Assembly (NCBI GenBank): GCA_029240475.1
Contig: JAREAF010000001.1
Location: 1 to 29,028 of the forward strand
Length of the DNA stretch: 29,028 nucleotides
DNA from: Rhodospirillales bacterium
GTDB taxonomy: Bacteria; Pseudomonadota; Alphaproteobacteria; JAREAF01
Direction of reading: 5' to 3'
Shown here: positions 9,208 to 17,535 of the stretch, one piece after another
Numbering within the stretch: the stretch's first letter is position 1
Layout: each line of letters opens with the position of its first letter
Program-made: the position numbers and the translations under genes
The notes under the pieces: generated by a model
The model's input: the letters and a program-made list of their open reading frames with translations, nothing else
Told to the model about the DNA's origin: nothing
The model's database searches: none

Positions 9208-9942
9208 CTAGCGGACCAGGGTCTCGAACCGCTGCAGGTCCTCGGGCTGGTCGAGCAGCGCGGCGCGGACCAGGCGGGTGACCTCGGGCCCGGAAGATTT
9301 CGCGAAGCCGGACAGCTGGTCCGGATCGGCGCGCCAGGCGAGGCGGATCTGCCGATCGAGCAGATCATGGTCGCCCTCCCGCAGATGCGCGGCGAGCGCG
9401 AATCCGAGACGCACGCGCCAGAGCGCCAGGCGCGGTTCGGCAGGGGCGGTCAGCACCGACATCCGCCAAGCGTCGGCGGCGCCGGGTCCGGCCCCGTCCC
9501 TCAGGTTGCGCGCATAGGCCAGGCGCGCCCAGCCGTAGCCGTCCGCGGGCGAGGCCGACAGACCGCCCTCCAGCAACGAGACCGCATCCACCACGAGGTC
9601 CCGCCGCTCGGCCTGCGCGCGGGCCGGCAGGCGGTCCGCCAGCGCCAGTTTGGCGCCGGCAAGCTGCGCGGCGAACCGGCCGGAAGCGGAGAACCGGCGC
9701 GCGGCGGATGCGCGCCAGGCCAGCCGCCCGAGATCTTCCTCGCTGACCGGCCGTCCGTCCTCGATCGCGTCCAGCACGCGCTCGGCCGGAACCATCACGA
9801 CCGCGCTGGCGAGCCGGGGCAATCCGAACACCAGCAGGCAGGCGCCCAGCGCGAAGGGCAGCAGCGCCTCCGGCCACCGCCGCCGAAGCAACGCGACGGC
9901 GGGCTCGGCCTCAGTTGGCGTAGTAGCCCTTGTATCGGTCAT
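9208..9942 (-). CDS. Hypothetical membrane-anchored, helical-repeat-like protein of the polysaccharide export locus
   Basis: N-terminal TM (ALLPFALGACLLVFGLP) followed by Ala/Leu/Arg-rich helical segments (GLSASPADGYGWARLAY). Overlaps the wzc 3' end. Start at 9942 (MTDTR) or 9978. Confidence 0.65.
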   Translation of the reverse strand: MTDTRATTPTEAEPAVALLRRRWPEALLPFALGACLLVFGLPRLASAVVMVPAERVLDAIEDGRPVSEEDLGRLAWRASAARRFSASGRFAAQLAGAKLALADRLPARAQAERRDLVVDAVSLLEGGLSASPADGYGWARLAYARNLRDGAGPGAADAWRMSVLTAPAEPRLALWRVRLGFALAAHLREGDHDLLDRQIRLAWRADPDQLSGFAKSSGPEVTRLVRAALLDQPEDLQRFETLVR

Positions 9943-12190
9943 AGTAGTAGCCGGAGTCGCCGTAGCTGAACCGGGCATGCTTGCGCATGTTGACCCGGGT
10001 CAGAACGGCGCCGGCGATGCGGCCGCCGGACTGGCGCAGCTGCCGGATCGCCGAGATCGTCACCTCGCGCGGGGTGGTCTCCCACCGCACCATGACCAAA
10101 GTGGCGTCCGCCAGCCCCGACAGCACGACCGCATCCGACACCGCCATGATCGGCGGAGAGTCGATCACGACCAGATCGTAGAGCGAGCTCATCTGCCGGA
10201 TCAGGTCCCGCATCCGGCGCGAGCCCAACAGGTCCTGCGGCCCCGGCGTGTCGGGCTGCGAGGGAATGATGTGCATCCCGCTCGGCTCGTCCTTGTGCAG
10301 CACGCCGGGAATGAGCGCATCGCCGGCGAGCAGCTCGCGCAATCCCGCATCCGACTCCAGCCCCAGCACGCGCGCCACCTTCGGCCGGCGCATGTCGGCG
10401 TCCACGAGCACCACCTTCAGGCCGGAGCGCGCGGCGATGCGGGCGAGCGAGATCGCGAAGGTCGTCTTGCCTTCCTCGGGCAGCGCCGAGGTCACCAGGA
10501 TGACCTTGGGCGGATGGTCGACGTTCGAGAAATGCAGCGCGGTCCGCACCGACTGCAGAGCCTCGGCATAGGCCGAGGTCGGTTTTTGCAGGAGATAGTC
10601 CTGCGGCTGCGACTTGCGGGAGGCGCGCACGGCCGGGATGAGCCCCAGTCCCGGCACGCCGGTCAGCCGCTCGACCTGCTCGGGCGAGCGGAAGCCGTTG
10701 TCGAGCCGCTCGATCAGCAGCGCCAGGAAGATTCCCAGGAAGAGCGAGATGCCGAGCGCCAGCGCGAGGATCACCTTCTTGCGGGGGAAGGACGGCCAGG
10801 CCGGCACTTCAGCCGCCGAGATGATGCGCGCGTCGGGCTGAATGATCTGATCCTGGTTCGAGGTCTCCTTGAAGCGGTTGAGGAAGGTCTCGAACAGCGC
10901 GCGGTTGGCGTCCGCTTCGCGCTGCAGCTCGTTCAGCTTCACCGAAGCTTTGCTGAGCTCGCCGACATTCTGCTGGATCGAAGCCAGATTGGAGGCCAGC
11001 GTGCTCTCGCGGGCGCGGGCGACCTCCACCTCGTTGGCGAGCGAGAGCACGATCTTGTTCACCTCGGCGTCGATCTTGCTGCGCAGGTCGCGGATCTCCG
11101 CCTTGAGGTTGATCATGGTCGGATGGCGCTCGCCGTAGCGGCCGGCCAGTTCGGCCTGTTGGCGCGCCAAGTCCGTTTCCTGCTCGCGCAGACGCTGGAT
11201 CAGCGGATTGGCCAGGACCTCGGGCGAGCTGTCGACGCCGCCGGTCTTGACCAGCTCGCGCACGCGCCGCAGCCGGGCTTCGGTCTGGGCGCGCTCGGTG
11301 CGCGCCAGGATCAACTGGCTGTTCAGTTCCGAGAGCTGCTGGGAGGAGACGGTCTGGCCCTGATTGTCGATGAGATTGGACTGCTCCTTGTATGCCTGGA
11401 GAGCGGTCTCCGATTCCTTCACCTTCTCGCGCAGGTCGGCCAGGCGCTCATTGAGCCAGGCGGTGGCGCGCCGGGTGGCCTCGAACTTGGCCTCCAGCTG
11501 ATCGACCAGATACTGGTCCGCGACCGCATTGGCGATCACCGCGGCCTTCTCGGGATCTTCGGAGGTGAAGTTCACGATGATGCTGTAGGAGCGGCGGTCG
11601 TTGGACACCTTCAGATGGCCGAGGAAAGAGCCGATTACCGAACTGAGGGCGGCGGTCTCCTCCTCCTCGGCCGTACGCGGCTCTTCCGGCGCCTGTCTCT
11701 GCGCGCCCAGCCCCACCGCCGCCATCGCCCAGCGCGCCCCGGATTCCACCCAGTAGAGCGGGTTGACGTAATCGAGCGCCGAACGCTGGCGCAGGCTGGC
11801 GTTGAACTCCGGATCCTGCATCAGCCCGAGCTTCTCCACGACCCTGCGGGCCAGGGAGCGCGAGGTGATGATGTTGATTTCCGACTGCACCCCCGTTTGA
11901 AAGGCGCCCGGATCCGTATTGAGCCCGGAGACCACCGTTTCGATATCGACCACATTCTGCTGGCGGGTGTTGAGCATCAGTTCCGCCGAGGAGGTATAGC
12001 GGGGCGTCAGCTGGATCAGGACCAACAGGGTCAGCAGCAGGACCGCAGCCACCGTGCCGAAGATCACGCTCTTCCGGCGCCGCAGCATGCCGAGGATGGA
12101 ACGCAGGTCGATTTCGCGGTCCTCGACGACCGCCGGCACGACCGCATCGAGCCGCCGCGAGCCGAATTCTTCGGGTAGAATCGTGGCCAT
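9911..12190 (-). CDS. wzc: Polysaccharide co-polymerase / tyrosine autokinase (Wzc/GumC/ExoP family)
   Basis: EIDLRSILGMLRRRK plus TM, long coiled coil, second TM, Walker A SALPEEGKTT, DADMRRP, Walker B VVIDSPP, Tyr-rich tail YGDSGYYYDRYKGYYAN. Start at ATG 12190 (MATILPEEF); the ORF-track extension to 12517 is rejected. Confidence 0.93.
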   Translation of the reverse strand: MATILPEEFGSRRLDAVVPAVVEDREIDLRSILGMLRRRKSVIFGTVAAVLLLTLLVLIQLTPRYTSSAELMLNTRQQNVVDIETVVSGLNTDPGAFQTGVQSEINIITSRSLARRVVEKLGLMQDPEFNASLRQRSALDYVNPLYWVESGARWAMAAVGLGAQRQAPEEPRTAEEEETAALSSVIGSFLGHLKVSNDRRSYSIIVNFTSEDPEKAAVIANAVADQYLVDQLEAKFEATRRATAWLNERLADLREKVKESETALQAYKEQSNLIDNQGQTVSSQQLSELNSQLILARTERAQTEARLRRVRELVKTGGVDSSPEVLANPLIQRLREQETDLARQQAELAGRYGERHPTMINLKAEIRDLRSKIDAEVNKIVLSLANEVEVARARESTLASNLASIQQNVGELSKASVKLNELQREADANRALFETFLNRFKETSNQDQIIQPDARIISAAEVPAWPSFPRKKVILALALGISLFLGIFLALLIERLDNGFRSPEQVERLTGVPGLGLIPAVRASRKSQPQDYLLQKPTSAYAEALQSVRTALHFSNVDHPPKVILVTSALPEEGKTTFAISLARIAARSGLKVVLVDADMRRPKVARVLGLESDAGLRELLAGDALIPGVLHKDEPSGMHIIPSQPDTPGPQDLLGSRRMRDLIRQMSSLYDLVVIDSPPIMAVSDAVVLSGLADATLVMVRWETTPREVTISAIRQLRQSGGRIAGAVLTRVNMRKHARFSYGDSGYYYDRYKGYYAN

Positions 12191-12225
12191 AGTTATCCGC
12201 TTGCCCCCCTTGGCTGCGCAGGAAG

Positions 12226-12251
12226 AACGCAGGTCGGAGCCCGTCGGTTCC
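12226..12251 (-). promoter_or_regulatory. EcfG (general stress sigma)-type promoter for wzc
   Basis: Perfect GGAAC-N17-CGTT on the minus strand ending 35 nt upstream of the wzc ATG. Confidence 0.75.
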
Positions 12252-12365
12252 TCGCCCGGCGCAGCCGATCGGGTGAATTCAGAGTGAACGGCAGCGCATC
12301 CCAATGGATGCAGACCCGAGGCGGCCCGAGTTACCCCATTCGGGGCCGGGCGGGAGGGGACGCGC

Positions 12366-12396
12366 AAATAGAAAGGCCGGCCCGAAGGCCGGCCCC
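12366..12396 (-). terminator. Rho-independent terminator after the beta-barrel gene
   Basis: Minus strand GGCCGGCC-TTCG-GGCCGGCC followed by TTTCTATTT; cUUCGg tetraloop. Confidence 0.8.
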
Positions 12397-12419
12397 TCCG
12401 CCCCCAACAGACCTGCCGA

Positions 12420-13679
12420 TTAAAGCTGTGCGCCCACCCGGAACAGGATGACGTTCTGCGAGAACTCGTCGGCGGTATCCGAGTTCCGGGTCCGGTGCGT
12501 GAACTCGGCCCCCGCATAGAAGTTTCGGTTGATCAGATAGCGCGCCGAGAGCAAGCCGGTGAAGATGTCGTCCTCGCGGTCGATGCCCTCGTAATCGTCG
12601 CGGCCAACGGTCAACCCGGCGCCCAGCAGCACATTGCGCAGAAGCTCGTGCTCGACCGAGGCTCCGAGGCGCGTCGCCAGATAGCCCGAGGCATTGGCCT
12701 GCGTCGTCTCCTCGGTGCTGACCTCGAGGAACCCGCGCAGGGAGGTGAGGCCCGTGATGTTCCAGAGCAGGCTGCCGCCGGCCGCCAGCCCGTCGATGTC
12801 GTTCAGCTCCTCGTTGTCATAGGTGGTGTGCTGGTAGCCGACGAAGACCTCGCCGGAGACCTTTCCGGTGAAGTCGAGGTCGGTGCCGATGACCGCGGCG
12901 TAACCGACCGAATCGCGATCGAGACCGTTCTCGTCCACCTCTTCATAGTTCCGCATCCGACCGCTCACGCGCACGAAGGCCTCGGTGTCGGGCAGATACT
13001 CATATCCGACCCGGCCGGTCAGGAGGTACTGGACGCGGTCGCGGTCGTCCTGGTCGATCTCCCCGCCGCCAGCGGCGTCGACATCGTGGAAGTCGAAATG
13101 GTCGACATTGCCGTCCAGCCGCGCCGAGATCCGGCCGCGGCCGCGGAAGGCGCCGAGATTGGCGGAGTACATGTCGTACTCGGTGGGCTCTTCGCCGGCG
13201 ACGTCGTCGGGCGAGCCGCGGTCCTCGTGGCGGTGACGCCAGCCGAGACCGCCGAAGATGAAGGTCTCGCGCACCACGTCCAGGCGGCCGTCCAGCAGGG
13301 CGAAGCCATCGAGGAAGTTCTCGTCCTCATTGTCGAGATAGAAGCCCGCCTCGGCGCCGGTGCGCAGATTGAGCGCGTGGCGCCCCCAGTTTGACTCCAC
13401 ATCGACCTCGGGCCGGACCACGGTGATGAAGTCGTCTTCCTCATCGTCGTCATCGGCGAAGATGTTGTCGTTGTAGGCCTCGCCCAGTTCGATGCGGGGG
13501 AAGACCAAGAACCCGCCGGCGCGCACGCCCAACGGGTCGTAATCGGGGCGCGGCCGCTCGAACACGCTCTCACCGCGCCGAGGCTCCTGAGCCTGCGCCT
13601 CGGCGGCGGTCAGCGTCGCCGCGACCGCCATGGCGCATCCGGACAGCAGCGTCGCTACGCGCCGGTTCCGATCCGTCAT
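12420..13679 (-). CDS. Outer-membrane beta-barrel protein of the polysaccharide-export-associated type (BBP2/DUF2320-like)
   Basis: Sec signal (AVAATLTAAEAQA), N-terminal RPRPDYDPLGVRAGGFLVFP, alternating hydrophobic strand pattern, C-terminal VILFRVGAQL; upstream of wzc. Confidence 0.8.
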   Translation of the reverse strand: MTDRNRRVATLLSGCAMAVAATLTAAEAQAQEPRRGESVFERPRPDYDPLGVRAGGFLVFPRIELGEAYNDNIFADDDDEEDDFITVVRPEVDVESNWGRHALNLRTGAEAGFYLDNEDENFLDGFALLDGRLDVVRETFIFGGLGWRHRHEDRGSPDDVAGEEPTEYDMYSANLGAFRGRGRISARLDGNVDHFDFHDVDAAGGGEIDQDDRDRVQYLLTGRVGYEYLPDTEAFVRVSGRMRNYEEVDENGLDRDSVGYAAVIGTDLDFTGKVSGEVFVGYQHTTYDNEELNDIDGLAAGGSLLWNITGLTSLRGFLEVSTEETTQANASGYLATRLGASVEHELLRNVLLGAGLTVGRDDYEGIDREDDIFTGLLSARYLINRNFYAGAEFTHRTRNSDTADEFSQNVILFRVGAQL

Positions 13680-13925
13680 TCAGTACCCCCTTGATCTCAG
13701 GTTGCCGAGTATTCGCTCAGGTCGAGCCGCCGGCGAGAACGCGGCGAAGCAACTCTCCGCCAAGCGGACCCTGCAATCGAAGTCGAAGTCTGGCTTGTCA
13801 TTGAGCAATAATCGATAGGTCGCGACCTTACTCCGACAGTCTTCAGCGCTCTGTGGCCATTCTGCACCAGTCCGACCATCGCGTTTGCTGGGATGGAAGC
13901 GAACTCGTTGGAACGCGCGGACGCC

Positions 13926-14096
13926 TCAGTCCTGGAACGCGCGCCAGACCAGCAGGCCCGCCCCGCCCCACAGCATCCATGCGAGAATGGACGCAAGCAG
14001 GATGACCAGCAGCTTGCGGCGCGGGGACCAAAGCCGATCGGGCTCGGCAGACGCCGTCGGAATCGAATCGGCGGGTGGTCGATGTTCCTGGAGCAT
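13926..14096 (-). CDS. Small single-pass membrane protein, hypothetical (56 aa)
   Basis: MLQEH...WSPRRKLLVILLASILAWMLWGGAGLLVWRAFQD: basic patch then a hydrophobic helix. No clear RBS, so start and coding status are uncertain. Confidence 0.45.
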   Translation of the reverse strand: MLQEHRPPADSIPTASAEPDRLWSPRRKLLVILLASILAWMLWGGAGLLVWRAFQD

Positions 14097-14229
14097 AGGA
14101 TGGAGGAAATGCCGGATCGTGAAGTCGCTGCTCTGCCGCTCGCCAGACACTCTATTCCACCATACTGGACTGATTTGTGCCAGATACACGAAAGATTGAG
14201 ATGCTCATTAGATTATTTCATTTTACCGC

Positions 14230-14255
14230 GGAACATGGACGGATCAGCAAACGTT
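14230..14255 (+). promoter_or_regulatory. EcfG-type promoter upstream of a small ORF and manC
   Basis: Perfect GGAAC-N17-CGTT ending 20 nt before ATG 14276. Confidence 0.72.
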
Positions 14256-14275
14256 GCAGGGTGCAGGGGACAAGG

Positions 14276-14431
14276 ATGCCAAGCCGTCGGGACTGCCTGC
14301 TTCAGCTGCTATGCTTGCCGCTCGCGCCGCTGTCTCTCGCGGCGGCGCCGGCAGAAGAGCGTCAGGCCTGTCTTTGCGACGAGACGGGAGCGCCCCTGAC
14401 CGCCGAGACGGGCGAGCCGCTCGGCTACTGA
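14276..14431 (+). CDS. Small putative exported peptide (51 aa) with twin-arginine-like signal
   Basis: MPSRRDCLLQLLCLPLAPLSLAAA-PAEERQACLCDETGAPLTAETGEPLGY; AGGGG/AAGG purine run before the ATG; lies between an EcfG motif and manC. Confidence 0.5.
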   Translation: MPSRRDCLLQLLCLPLAPLSLAAAPAEERQACLCDETGAPLTAETGEPLGY

Positions 14432-14453
14432 CGTTTGGGGGAATGCTTCGGCG

Positions 14454-15872
14454 ATGATCGTTCCAGTGATCCTGTCGGGAGGGTCCGGGACAAGGCTTTG
14501 GCCGCTGTCCCGTTCCAGCTATCCCAAGCAGTTCCTCAAGGTGGGCTCGGGAGAGTCTCTCCTGCAGCAGACCGCCCGCCGGGTGGCCGGCCACGGCTTT
14601 GCGGCGCCCGTCGCGGTCTCGAACGAGGAGCAGCGATTCCTCATCGCCCATCATCTGCTCGAGGCCGGCGCAGCGCCCCAGAAGATTCTCCTTGAGCCGG
14701 CGGCGCGCAACACGGCGCCCGCCGCCGCCGCGGCCTGCGTCTATCTCTCCCAAGGTCAGGATCCGCTGCTTCTGCTCCTGCCGGCCGACCATGTGATCGG
14801 CGACGCCGAGGCTTTCCGAGCCGCGATCACCACGGGTGCAGGCTATGCGCGCGACGGCTATCTGGTGACCTTCGGGATCCGGCCGGACCGGCCGCACACC
14901 GGCTTTGGCTATATCGAGGCGGGCCGCAGCCTGTCCGCGGACAGCTCGGCCGCCGCGCATGCGGTTGCGCGCTTCGTCGAGAAGCCGGACGCCGCCACCG
15001 CCAGGAGCTACGTGGAGAGCGGGTCGCATTACTGGAACGGCGGCATATTCCTCTTTCGCGCTTCGACCTTCATCCGCGAACTCGAATCCTTCGCGCCGGA
15101 GGTTCTCGCCGCGTGCCGGGAAGCAGTGGAGCGCGGCAGCCACGACGGGGATTTCTTCCGACTGGAGGGCGCCGCGTTCCGGCGCGCTCCGGACCGGTCG
15201 ATCGACTACGCGGTCATGGAGAAGACCGCCGCGGCGGTGGTCGTGCCGGTGGAGATGGGCTGGTCGGATGTCGGCTCCTGGTCCGCTCTTTGGGAGGTGG
15301 GCGAGAAGGACGCGTCCGGCAATGTGGTGGAAGGGGACGCGGTGCTGCATGAGGTGAGCGGCACCTACATCCGCACCGACGGTCCGCTGGTCGCCGGGAT
15401 CGGCGTCTCCGACATGGTCGTTGTGGCGACCGAAGACGCCGTGCTGGTGGCCCCCAAGGACCGCGCCCAGGAGGTCCGCGCCATCGTCGAGCGGCTAAAA
15501 TCCTCGGGGCGGACGGAGCACGAGGCGCACCGGCTGGTCCACCGCCCGTGGGGCAGCTATCGGACCATCTCGCTAGGCGACCGTTTCCAGGTGAAGGAGA
15601 TCATCGTCAAGCCGGGAGCGTCCCTCAGCCTGCAGAAGCACCATCATCGTGCCGAGCACTGGGTCGTCGTGGAAGGCACCGCATCGGTGGTCCGCGGGGA
15701 GGAAACGCTGCTCCTGCACGAGAACCAGTCGATCTTCATCCCGCTCGGCACCAAGCACCGGCTCTCCAATCCGGGCAAGCTGCAGCTGCGGCTGATCGAA
15801 GTACAGTCGGGCTCCTATCTGGGCGAGGACGACATCGTGCGCTTCGAGGACAATTACGGCCGCGCGCGCTGA
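14454..15872 (+). CDS. manC: Mannose-1-phosphate guanylyltransferase / mannose-6-phosphate isomerase
   Basis: VILSGGSGTRLWPLSR..YPKQFL, EPAARNTAPA, WNGGIFLF, SIDYAVMEK, WSDVGSW, and cupin domain HRPWGSY...SLQKHHHRAEHWVVV. Confidence 0.96.
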   Translation: MIVPVILSGGSGTRLWPLSRSSYPKQFLKVGSGESLLQQTARRVAGHGFAAPVAVSNEEQRFLIAHHLLEAGAAPQKILLEPAARNTAPAAAAACVYLSQGQDPLLLLLPADHVIGDAEAFRAAITTGAGYARDGYLVTFGIRPDRPHTGFGYIEAGRSLSADSSAAAHAVARFVEKPDAATARSYVESGSHYWNGGIFLFRASTFIRELESFAPEVLAACREAVERGSHDGDFFRLEGAAFRRAPDRSIDYAVMEKTAAAVVVPVEMGWSDVGSWSALWEVGEKDASGNVVEGDAVLHEVSGTYIRTDGPLVAGIGVSDMVVVATEDAVLVAPKDRAQEVRAIVERLKSSGRTEHEAHRLVHRPWGSYRTISLGDRFQVKEIIVKPGASLSLQKHHHRAEHWVVVEGTASVVRGEETLLLHENQSIFIPLGTKHRLSNPGKLQLRLIEVQSGSYLGEDDIVRFEDNYGRAR

Positions 15873-15890
15873 GCGCCCGCGAGGCGCGCC

Positions 15891-16298
15891 TTAAAGGCGG
15901 CCCACCTCGAATTCCGCGCAGCTATGCCCGTGCTGGCCGAGGCCGTCCTCGATGTGGTCGGCGGCGAGCGGAGTTCCCATCAGATACTGCGCGGCGGGAG
16001 TGTCGCGCGCCTCGGCCGCCTCCTGCACCAGGCGGTCCCAATCCTCCATGTCGCCATCGCCGCGGCCGAGCCACATCAGCGCGACGAGGTTGGACGTCTC
16101 CTCCTCGTTGAGACCGGCGATGAAATCGCCGAGCTCGGTGCGCGTCACATCGTCTGCGTCATCCTCGAGCACTTCGACGAAGTGGTCGTCGGACGGATTG
16201 GAGCCGGAATCAGGATCGTCGTCGCCGGCCACCTGCGCCTGAAGCTGGCGCAGCTTGACGATCACGAAGCAGACCTTCTCGGCGCTGATGGCGATCAT
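15891..16298 (-). CDS. DUF3775-like protein (135 aa)
   Basis: MIAISAEKVCFVIVK...GSNPSDD...LVALMWLGRGD...YLMGTPLAADHIEDGL; this is the C-terminal part of track ORF 15891..17144. Confidence 0.8.
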   Translation of the reverse strand: MIAISAEKVCFVIVKLRQLQAQVAGDDDPDSGSNPSDDHFVEVLEDDADDVTRTELGDFIAGLNEEETSNLVALMWLGRGDGDMEDWDRLVQEAAEARDTPAAQYLMGTPLAADHIEDGLGQHGHSCAEFEVGRL

Positions 16299-16332
16299 GA
16301 ACCTACCCGTCCTTCGCCCGGATCGGCATGAA

Positions 16333-16357
16333 AACCCGGGAGGGCTGCGGCCGTTCC
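16333..16357 (-). promoter_or_regulatory. EcfG-like promoter for the DUF3775-like gene
   Basis: GGAAC-N16-GGTT ending 34 nt upstream of ATG 16298; one mismatch to consensus. Confidence 0.6.
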
Positions 16358-17101
16358 CTAGCCCGCGGACGCCGGACAGATCGCGCGCTCGGTGACCGGC
16401 GCGTCGGGCATGCGCGCGCGAATGATGCGGGCGCGCTCGCGGACATAGGCCGAGGGCTTGGCGGGCGACCATTCGCGCGGATTGGGCAGAACCGCCGCCA
16501 GCAGCGCGGCTTCGTTCGGCTTGAGCGCGCGCGCGGGCTTGCCGAAATAGGTCTGCGAGGCCGCTTCCGCCCCGTAGATGCCGGGCCCCCATTCGGCGAT
16601 GTTCAAGTAGAGCTCCAGGATGCGCTCCTTGCTCAAGCCGATCTCCAGCCAGGGCGTCAGATAGGCCTCGGCGGCCTTGCGCACGAAATTCCGCCCGGGC
16701 CAGAGGAACAGGTTCTTGGCCGTCTGCATGGTGATGGTGCTGGCGCCGCGCACCCGGCGGCCGCGCCGCCAGTCGCGAACGGCTTTTTCCAGCTCCACCG
16801 GGTCGAAGCCGTAATGCTCGCAGAAGCGGGCGTCCTCGGCGGCGATGACCGCGCGGAACAGCTCGGCGGAGATGGCCTGGCGCGGCACCCAGTCGCGATG
16901 GAGCCCCTCGCCCTCGAACAGGCGCAGGATCATCAGCGGCGTGACCGGCGGCGGCACCACGCCATAGAGGAGGATCCCCGCGCCGGGCACGCCGACCGCC
17001 ACCGCCAGCAGGCCCCCGATCAGGCGTGACGCCCAGCGCGAGCGCCAACCCCGGCCGAGCGCGCCGGCGCGCCTGCGCGAAGGTGATGAGGTCGCGACCA
17101 T
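16358..17101 (-). CDS. mtgA: Monofunctional biosynthetic peptidoglycan transglycosylase
   Basis: GT51 motifs [51 protein letters not shown] and N-terminal TM. Confidence 0.93.
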   Translation of the reverse strand: MVATSSPSRRRAGALGRGWRSRWASRLIGGLLAVAVGVPGAGILLYGVVPPPVTPLMILRLFEGEGLHRDWVPRQAISAELFRAVIAAEDARFCEHYGFDPVELEKAVRDWRRGRRVRGASTITMQTAKNLFLWPGRNFVRKAAEAYLTPWLEIGLSKERILELYLNIAEWGPGIYGAEAASQTYFGKPARALKPNEAALLAAVLPNPREWSPAKPSAYVRERARIIRARMPDAPVTERAICPASAG

Positions 17102-17162
17102 CGGCCCTGTTTTGCCAGAGCCGGGCCGCGGAATCGAGCGGCAACTGCCAAGATCGCGGGGG

Positions 17163-17375
17163 TCAGCCCTCGTTCAAGGTGAAGCCGATCCGCAGCACCA
17201 CCTGGAAGTGAGCGACCTCGCCGCCTTCGATGTGGCCGCGCATCTCCTTGACCTCGAACCAGCGCAGATTCTCAAGAGTCTCCGAGGCGCGCCCGACACC
17301 CTTGCGGATGGCGTCCTCGACGCTCTCGGACGAGGATGAGGCAAGCTCAATGATCTTGTAGACGTGGTCGTCCAT
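17163..17375 (-). CDS. Dodecin (flavin-binding dodecamer), 70 aa
   Basis: [19 protein letters not shown]...[29 protein letters not shown]; GAAGGGGA RBS upstream. Confidence 0.92.
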   Translation of the reverse strand: MDDHVYKIIELASSSSESVEDAIRKGVGRASETLENLRWFEVKEMRGHIEGGEVAHFQVVLRIGFTLNEG

Positions 17376-17423
17376 CGGCTGTTCCCCTTCGGCGGACCGA
17401 CGGGAGCGTCGGCCCTCCGGCAG

Positions 17424-17448
17424 AACGGGCGCGGCGCGCGCGGGTTGC
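17424..17448 (-). promoter_or_regulatory. EcfG-like promoter for dodecin (possibly bidirectional)
   Basis: Minus strand GCAAC-N16-CGTT; the same bases read AGAAC-N16-GGTT on the plus strand toward the epimerase gene. Confidence 0.5.
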
Positions 17449-17476
17449 CCTGCTCGAGGCTCGCCGCGCGCGATGG

Positions 17477-17493
17477 CGCAACTTTTTCGCCAA
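17477..17493 (-). promoter_or_regulatory. Candidate sigma-54 -24/-12 promoter facing dodecin
   Basis: TTGGCGAAAAAGTTGCG: GG and GC separated by exactly 10 nt with TT before GC; deviates from TGGCAC at two positions. Confidence 0.4.
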
Positions 17494-17535
17494 TTCAGCT
17501 GTTTTCCGACACTCCGATCTCTGGGGGCGGTGCGA

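Noticed and set aside
12191-12517. N-terminal extension of wzc as a possible wza remnant
   Set aside because: The translation shows no OPX motif or lipobox, and the region contains a terminator and a promoter motif.
13748-13763. Sigma-54-like TTGGCGGAGAGTTGCT upstream of the beta-barrel gene
   Set aside because: Only 9 nt between GG and GC; sigma-54 requires 10.
13909-13943. Direct repeat TGGAACGCGCG, two copies 24 nt apart
   Set aside because: Only two short GC-rich copies, no matching CGTT at 16-17 nt and no array structure; not a CRISPR or an EcfG promoter.
15891-17144. 417-aa ORF suggesting a fusion upstream of the DUF3775-like domain
   Set aside because: The upstream part is an alternate frame of mtgA; the real gene starts at 16298 with its own RBS and promoter motif.
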